A stretch of DNA of 32,000 nucleotides, from assembly GCA_030149205.1 (NCBI GenBank), contig JASBSB010000006.1, positions 90,001-122,000 on the forward strand, read 5' to 3'. Under the pieces are notes generated by a model, which worked only from the letters and a program-made list of their open reading frames with translations, ran no database searches and was not told the DNA's origin. Below are positions 26,648-32,000 of the stretch, piece after piece. Within the stretch, counting starts at the first letter, position 1. The number at the start of each line of letters is the position of its first letter. This stretch comes from Candidatus Heimdallarchaeota archaeon (GTDB taxonomy: Archaea > Asgardarchaeota > Heimdallarchaeia > Heimdallarchaeales > Kariarchaeaceae). The translations under genes were made by a program, and so were the position numbers.

Positions 26648-27475
26648 ATGAGTAGTCGACAATTTATTTTTAAAATTCTTCTCACAGGAGATGGTGCTGT
26701 CGGAAAAACTTCGATTCGTGAAAGATATATGGGAAAGGGATTCTCAGGGGGATATTTAAAGACTATTGGGGCAGATTTTGCCTCGAAAAAAATTGAAATT
26801 GAACCTCATAAAGTAACATATCAAATTTTTGATTTAGCGGGGCAAGACGCATATGTTACTGCTAGGAGCTCCTTTTACAAGGGTGGACAGGCTGCTTTTT
26901 TAGTCTTTGATTTGCAGGATCCAGATACGTTACTTAACCTAAAAACATGGATACAAGACTGTATAACTAATTCCGATGGGTATATCCAAACTTTTGTGAT
27001 TCTTGGAAATAAAGCAGATTTGGTTCAAACCAGACAGGTCTCTCCAGAGATGATCACTGATTTTGTAAACCAAATGGTTGCTCAGACTGGACTCAGCTTT
27101 TATTATTTGGATACATCTGCAAAATCTGGCTTAAACATTGCGGAATCATTTGATTTAATTGGGAGATCGTTGTTAAAAAAACATAACATCGATGTAGATT
27201 TGGTTATCCCTGAAACAGCAGTTGTCTATGCACCCGGAAAACAAAGATCCCCGATTGATCAGAGGGTTGATGTGGCTGTAAACGAGCTTGTATCTAAATC
27301 AGATGTGATCATAAATGAATTACAAAACGAAGCTGAAGACTTAAATTCCCAGATAAGTCAGATTAAAGAGCAAAGCTTAAATCATGAATCAAGGATAATT
27401 TCTTTAGAAAAAAAAGTAGATAAACTTATTGAGATACTTGAATCTATTGTTGACGCAGAAACAGTTGAAAATTAA
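26648..27475 (+). CDS. Rab-like small GTPase with C-terminal coiled coil
   Basis: G1 GDGAVGKT, G2 TIGADF, G3 DLAGQ, G4 NKAD, G5 TSAK; regular heptads at aa 225-267; no C-terminal Cys. Confidence 0.92.
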   Translation: MSSRQFIFKILLTGDGAVGKTSIRERYMGKGFSGGYLKTIGADFASKKIEIEPHKVTYQIFDLAGQDAYVTARSSFYKGGQAAFLVFDLQDPDTLLNLKTWIQDCITNSDGYIQTFVILGNKADLVQTRQVSPEMITDFVNQMVAQTGLSFYYLDTSAKSGLNIAESFDLIGRSLLKKHNIDVDLVIPETAVVYAPGKQRSPIDQRVDVAVNELVSKSDVIINELQNEAEDLNSQISQIKEQSLNHESRIISLEKKVDKLIEILESIVDAETVEN

Positions 27476-28257
27476 ATAATAGTTAACTTGGAACTAATTT
27501 CTCGTAGGGCTAAATATTTATGTTTTGAAAATTTTATAGTTTCATTAATTGTATTTGATGTGATGTTTCCCCCTAATGTTGTTTCAAAATAATGTCGTTC
27601 TGAAATTTTTTCATGATAATAAGGTTCGAACTCTAATGACCCAAATGTTGAGAAATTTAAAAATTCAATTTCATTTGGACCATTCCAAATCAAATTTTTT
27701 GAAAAGAATTCTTTGATGTTTATAGCTTTCTTAAGTAATAATTTTAAGTCTAAGAATCCGAAACGGTCTATTTCATCAAGAATATTTTGATACCCCTTTC
27801 CCCAAGGTGAGAAATAAATCAAGGGCTGACCTTCAAGGTTGTTTACTAAAAACGTCTCTAGTCTGTTTAAGATTTGTTCCAACGAGTCATCAGGATACTT
27901 AGAATAGTAGTTTACTGATTTTGAGGAAAGGAAGACACTTGCAAACCACAGATTAAAATTTTTTATACTATATAGAAAGTTCACAAAAACATAATCTTTA
28001 GGAAGCGCCTTTAGAGTGGGGATATGATTATTTGAAAGAATATAGGCTTCACGTAGGATCACCAAGGCTGTCTGGATGTCAAATCCAGTTATTACTGAAA
28101 GCTCAACCGCATCGAGCTTAAGTAAATCTTGTAAATTAAAAATTTTGTACGAATAGAGTAAGTTCTTTGTTTTCTCATCTATAAGACTTAGAACATTCAG
28201 GGACTGAAATTTTGACTGGTTTTGATTTCTTACTAATTGACTCTCAATCTTCAACAT
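27472..28257 (-). CDS. Helix-hairpin-helix domain protein of unknown function
   Basis: N-terminal LIDEKTKNLLYSYKIFNLQDLLKLDAVELSVITGFDIQTALVILREA resembles the RadA N-terminal HhH module; no Walker A motif follows. Confidence 0.55.
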   Translation of the reverse strand: MLKIESQLVRNQNQSKFQSLNVLSLIDEKTKNLLYSYKIFNLQDLLKLDAVELSVITGFDIQTALVILREAYILSNNHIPTLKALPKDYVFVNFLYSIKNFNLWFASVFLSSKSVNYYSKYPDDSLEQILNRLETFLVNNLEGQPLIYFSPWGKGYQNILDEIDRFGFLDLKLLLKKAINIKEFFSKNLIWNGPNEIEFLNFSTFGSLEFEPYYHEKISERHYFETTLGGNITSNTINETIKFSKHKYLALREISSKLTII

Positions 28258-28280
28258 TCATACATAATTCAAGTTTTAAT

Positions 28281-28919
28281 TTAAAAGGACATTATGGAGA
28301 TAGGGTTAAGTTGAAATAATGAAGAGACCATGATGACAACTATACTCAAAATAAAAAATACTATTGACAGATCGATTTGATAATTCCCCAATGTTTCTTT
28401 GAGTGATGATTGAGTCTTCTGTGATAAAACAACTGATAACATTGGAAAAAAGGAAAAGGTTGCAAAATACAATAACCGGTAAATCACTAAATCATAAGGT
28501 TGAATTAATAGAGATAGGAAAACTATTAATAAAACTAATAGAGTGAAAATCGAAATTAGAAAAATCAGAATATACACCCCAGCATAGAGTTCATACGGCT
28601 GACCCTTAGATTTTTGCAATTTAATCCACCTTAATGAAAGATAAATTATGAGCACTGGGGGGATGATTGAATAAAATAACAATAATTTCCATTTCTTAAT
28701 TGTTCTGAATGTTAGACCGTAGTAGATTGAAGCAACTAAGGTTGTACTGAAAACTAGCGGGGAAGGGAACAGATAGAGGGAAGTTAGAGGTAATGTAGGC
28801 AGTGAAAATGAAAAAGAGATGATAACCATTACCACCAAATACACCTCAAAAGTACGTTGATAAGATAGCAATGCTTTCAACTTTTCAAATCCCATTACCA
28901 GCACATAGAAGTTACACAC
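28281..28919 (-). CDS. Uncharacterised membrane protein
   Basis: About 6 hydrophobic segments; ATG at 28895 is an alternative start. Confidence 0.65.
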   Translation of the reverse strand: MCNFYVLVMGFEKLKALLSYQRTFEVYLVVMVIISFSFSLPTLPLTSLYLFPSPLVFSTTLVASIYYGLTFRTIKKWKLLLFYSIIPPVLIIYLSLRWIKLQKSKGQPYELYAGVYILIFLISIFTLLVLLIVFLSLLIQPYDLVIYRLLYFATFSFFPMLSVVLSQKTQSSLKETLGNYQIDLSIVFFILSIVVIMVSSLFQLNPISIMSF

Positions 28920-29002
28920 TTAAATGAACTCTTACGTCAATAAATCTAATTTCAAATAAATTTAATGAAAAGAATAAATATTCTTAGGGAAATAATAGAC
29001 CT

Positions 29003-29893
29003 GTGTATAAAATTATTGAATGGACTTCTACTTATTTTTGGATTACAAGGCCATTAAACAGTAGTACAGCTGCATTTGCGGTCATTTTTGCATTACTCTT
29101 TTCACAATCATTGAGTTCAACCTCAATACCTGTTTTTGTTTTAATTTTTGCAGGGTGCGCGGCATATTTTACCACCGCACATGCTATGGTGCACAACGAT
29201 ATTGTGGATATTGAGATAGATAAAATAAATGCACCTGATAGACCTCTACCTAGTGGTCGTTTATCAGTGAAGGCTGCTAAGATTTGGGCTGGAATACTGC
29301 TCTCATTAGCAATTATATCAGGTTTAATTATTGACCAAATTACCATGATCTACTTTTATTCTACTCTGTGGGCAATTGGTAACGCACTATTGTTAGATTT
29401 TTATAACCTTCGACTTAAAAAATATGGGATTATTGGCAATTTTATTGTGGGATTTTCACCATATGCTTTGTTCCTCTATTCAGACATTTTGGTAAATCGA
29501 ACACTTACTCTACCCATGGAAACTATTGGGTTATTCACACTATTTGTAATTTGGGGAAGAGAGGTCTTTAAGGGAATGTACGACGTCCAAGGGGATGAAA
29601 CACATGGGGTTCGCACTATTGCTGTTTCACTAGGGGTTAAAAACGCAGCACTCTTAGGGTCTGGATTGGTATTTTTGGGCATTCTAACAACCATCCCCTT
29701 TATCTTTTTGTTTTGGGGAAAAAGCTATCTTGCCTACATATTCCCGATTTTAGATGGACTGTTTGTTTACTTCTGCATAAGATTAATACAACAACCGTCA
29801 CCTGCTAACGCATTTCAAACAAAATTAAATATATTAAGAGTCCTATTACTGTTGATCATAGCATTAATCGTTGGGATTTTCATAATTCCATGA
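29003..29893 (+). CDS. UbiA-family prenyltransferase, probably digeranylgeranylglyceryl phosphate synthase
   Basis: ITRPLNS, NDIVDIEIDKINAPDRPLPSGRLS, LKKYGIIGN, REVFKGMYDVQGD...GVRTIA. Confidence 0.85.
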   Translation: MYKIIEWTSTYFWITRPLNSSTAAFAVIFALLFSQSLSSTSIPVFVLIFAGCAAYFTTAHAMVHNDIVDIEIDKINAPDRPLPSGRLSVKAAKIWAGILLSLAIISGLIIDQITMIYFYSTLWAIGNALLLDFYNLRLKKYGIIGNFIVGFSPYALFLYSDILVNRTLTLPMETIGLFTLFVIWGREVFKGMYDVQGDETHGVRTIAVSLGVKNAALLGSGLVFLGILTTIPFIFLFWGKSYLAYIFPILDGLFVYFCIRLIQQPSPANAFQTKLNILRVLLLLIIALIVGIFIIP

Positions 29894-29914
29894 TTTTAAG
29901 GCTACAGTTAAATT

Positions 29915-30532
29915 TTAGTTTCTAAATAATCTCAGAATAAAAATGATTAAAATTACAGATGTTAATGCTACAAATATGTAAAAAAATTCAGGTGTTTTAT
30001 AAAAAGGGATTTCGATCGTGGGAGGATTAGAAGTTTGATTATTTGGAATATATTTATCAATGTATTTAATGTAATCTGCGGATTGACTCACATCCCTGGC
30101 ATCGAATTTCACTAAAACTTTCCCATTTTGATCAAATAATACATAAGTTGGTATAATTGAAATCTTGTATGCAGACTGAAATACATTGCCACTATCTATC
30201 CCAAATTCCCAAGTTGCATTGTAAAATTTTTTGAAATCAAGCAATGCTTTTGGATTGTCTGTATTTGGTGAGATGGAAAGTGAGAACAGAGTTATGATGC
30301 TCCCTCGATACTTAATTACATCCGAAAGATGAGACATAGCTTTTTGACATGGGCCACACCAAGTAGCCATTGCATCAACCAATAGATATTTTCCTGAAAA
30401 TTTGTTGTAATTGGTTTTTGTACTTTGAAGGTTTGTGTAACTTAAGTCATTGCTGTAAACTGCGTTAACCTGTTGAAGACTAAAAATCATAAGAACAAAA
30501 ACTGTTACGACCATTCCTTTATTATTCAACAT
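29915..30532 (-). CDS. TlpA-like thiol:disulfide oxidoreductase with signal peptide and C-terminal TM anchor
   Basis: LLVDAMATWCGPC, cis-Pro IIPTYVLFDQNG; hydrophobic N-terminus ending VNA; C-terminal FFYIFVALTSVILIIFIL. Confidence 0.85.
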   Translation of the reverse strand: MLNNKGMVVTVFVLMIFSLQQVNAVYSNDLSYTNLQSTKTNYNKFSGKYLLVDAMATWCGPCQKAMSHLSDVIKYRGSIITLFSLSISPNTDNPKALLDFKKFYNATWEFGIDSGNVFQSAYKISIIPTYVLFDQNGKVLVKFDARDVSQSADYIKYIDKYIPNNQTSNPPTIEIPFYKTPEFFYIFVALTSVILIIFILRLFRN

Positions 30533-30586
30533 ATAATAATTCTTCAGGATAATTTAAATTTTTCAATTATCTAACATTAAAAAACA

Positions 30587-31066
30587 TCAGAAACCATCAA
30601 TTTCAAATGGCGGGTCATTGCACTCTTTGATTTGTTGTAGTACGACATAAGTAAAACTCGAGGATATGCCGTTGATCTTTTTCATTTCAGTTATAACAAA
30701 ACTTCCAAGTTCATCTATATCTTTAGCCCGAACCTTACAGATAATGTCCCATTCTCCAGCGATTATATGAACCTCCTGAACCTTCGAAAACTCACTTAGT
30801 TGTTTTGCTGCATCCACCTGTGTTATAGAAGACCGAGTTGGGTCAAATTTTAACATAACAAATCCAACAATACTAAGATCCAATTTTTTCATTTCTAGGT
30901 AAATGCCAAATCTCTTGATTATACCACTTTTTTGAAGCTTCTTAATTCTTGCATGAATTGTGCTTTTTGGATTATTAAGTTTCTTAGATAAAGAAAGGAG
31001 AGGTTCCTGACTGTTTTGACGTAATAGCTGTAGAATTTTGAAATCAAGTTCATCTAATTTTACCAT
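30587..31066 (-). CDS. Lrp/AsnC family transcriptional regulator
   Basis: LDELDFKILQLLRQNS...RIKKLQKSGIIKRF HTH; RAM domain EVHIIAGEWDIICKV. Confidence 0.95.
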   Translation of the reverse strand: MVKLDELDFKILQLLRQNSQEPLLSLSKKLNNPKSTIHARIKKLQKSGIIKRFGIYLEMKKLDLSIVGFVMLKFDPTRSSITQVDAAKQLSEFSKVQEVHIIAGEWDIICKVRAKDIDELGSFVITEMKKINGISSSFTYVVLQQIKECNDPPFEIDGF

Positions 31067-31158
31067 GGATAATATTCAATTTTAACCAAGAGTATATTAA
31101 AAATTTTGCATAATTTCCAGAAATTCCATGAATTATTAGACGTCAAATTTGAAGTTCT

Positions 31159-31179
31159 AGAAATATTTCTGAAATATTT
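31159..31179. promoter_or_regulatory. Palindrome AGAAATATTTCT with tandem GAAATATTT; candidate operator
   Basis: Perfect 12-bp palindrome at 31159-70 and a second GAAATATTT 11 bp downstream (31171-79), in the divergent Lrp/membrane-gene gap. Confidence 0.45.
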
Positions 31180-31237
31180 TAAAAAGGTGAACACTTAACA
31201 CTAGAAATACTTATCTGATAGGGAGATTAATCTCACT

Positions 31238-31882
31238 ATGGAATCTAAGAGTACTGACAAATTAATTGGTTATTATTTGATTTTGTGGATTCTTCAGACT
31301 GCCATTTTGAATTATGCTCTTTTTGGGATTCTAAATGATGAAACCAAAAAAAATTTGTATAACCTAGGATATGCACTGGTTAATTTGGATTTGATCTTCT
31401 TCCTCGGATTAATTCTTTTAGTGCTCATTTCTCTACTAAATTCAACCTCATTGGCTGGAAGAATTTTAATAATACTTGGTTCAATAATCTTTATGTTTGG
31501 AGCTATTTCATACCGTGTTTTAATAAATTGGATTCCTAATATTTCTATTTTCAATGTTTTATCTAAATTACTCTATCCAAATTCTCCGAAAATACAAAAT
31601 TTGGGGTTCAGTGTTATTAACGAAATCATTAGGGCAGTTTTTATAGCGAATGTTGGTCTTTTGTTAGTTGCTATCGGACTTGTATTATTATCATCAAGGA
31701 GAAGAACCAAAATTATGTTCCTTCTCTATGGTATAATAAATCTCAGCCTATCATTTAGCCTCTTAGTTTTTTTAAAACCAATTATCAGTCTTGTGTTCCT
31801 CATTCCTGGAGTTTTGTTCTTTATTCAAGACCAAAAGTTGTACGATGAGATAGAAATCTATGAAGTAGAAGGGAACAAATGA
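31238..31882 (+). CDS. Uncharacterised membrane protein
   Basis: About 6 hydrophobic segments; divergent from the Lrp gene. Confidence 0.7.
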   Translation: MESKSTDKLIGYYLILWILQTAILNYALFGILNDETKKNLYNLGYALVNLDLIFFLGLILLVLISLLNSTSLAGRILIILGSIIFMFGAISYRVLINWIPNISIFNVLSKLLYPNSPKIQNLGFSVINEIIRAVFIANVGLLLVAIGLVLLSSRRRTKIMFLLYGIINLSLSFSLLVFLKPIISLVFLIPGVLFFIQDQKLYDEIEIYEVEGNK

Positions 31883-32000
31883 GAAACTTCTATTTCAGAC
31901 AAAACCTTTCCATTCTCCTTCGCAAAATCTAATACTATTCGGCAGTTTTCTTCTGTACAGTCAATCCCTAACTTCTCAAGTACAAATCTAGCATTTGATA
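31858..32000 (-). CDS. 3' end of a probable LeuA/homocitrate-synthase-family (DRE-TIM) enzyme
   Basis: Manual translation from 31998: SNARFVLEKLGIDCTEENCRIVLDFAKENGKVLSEIEVSHLFPSTS*, resembling the helical segment after the TIM barrel in LeuA-like proteins. Only 46 aa visible; overlaps the convergent gene by 25 nt. Confidence 0.4.
   Translation of the reverse strand, partial: SNARFVLEKLGIDCTEENCRIVLDFAKENGKVLSEIEVSHLFPSTS

Noticed and set aside
27472-28257. RadA/Rad51 paralogue
   Set aside because: No Walker A or B motif after the HhH region.
468-31554. Remaining short ORF-track entries of 60-104 aa overlapping longer genes
   Set aside because: Lie antisense or out of frame within well-supported genes and show no motifs or ribosome-binding sites.

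Overview
AT-rich archaeal chromosomal segment, inferred to be Asgard (Heimdallarchaeia-like) from the combination of an archaeal exosome superoperon, a DGGGP synthase, a Rab-like small GTPase and an aerobic heme-copper oxidase. Left to right: (i) a minus-strand APH-family kinase running off the left edge (not in the ORF track); (ii) a modified exosome superoperon (SBDS, rrp4, rrp41, rrp42, rpl37ae, Brix-like, pcc1, inserted alpha/beta hydrolase, prefoldin beta), in which Rrp41 carries a ~245-aa acidic tail and rpoP is absent; (iii) a THUMP protein, a coiled-coil/winged-helix protein, an acyl-CoA dehydrogenase and a helical orphan; (iv) ctaB and a type A2 cytochrome c oxidase operon coxBACD; (v) a small triple-repeat protein and a tightly coupled seven-gene membrane/MoxR/DUF58 operon; (vi) a metallophosphoesterase, an orphan, a Rab-like GTPase with a coiled-coil tail, an HhH protein, a membrane protein, DGGGP synthase, a membrane-anchored thioredoxin-like protein, an Lrp regulator, a membrane protein and the 3' end of a probable LeuA-family gene. 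I found no tRNA, rRNA, CRISPR array or mobile element. All family assignments come from motif recognition by eye; no database searches were run.
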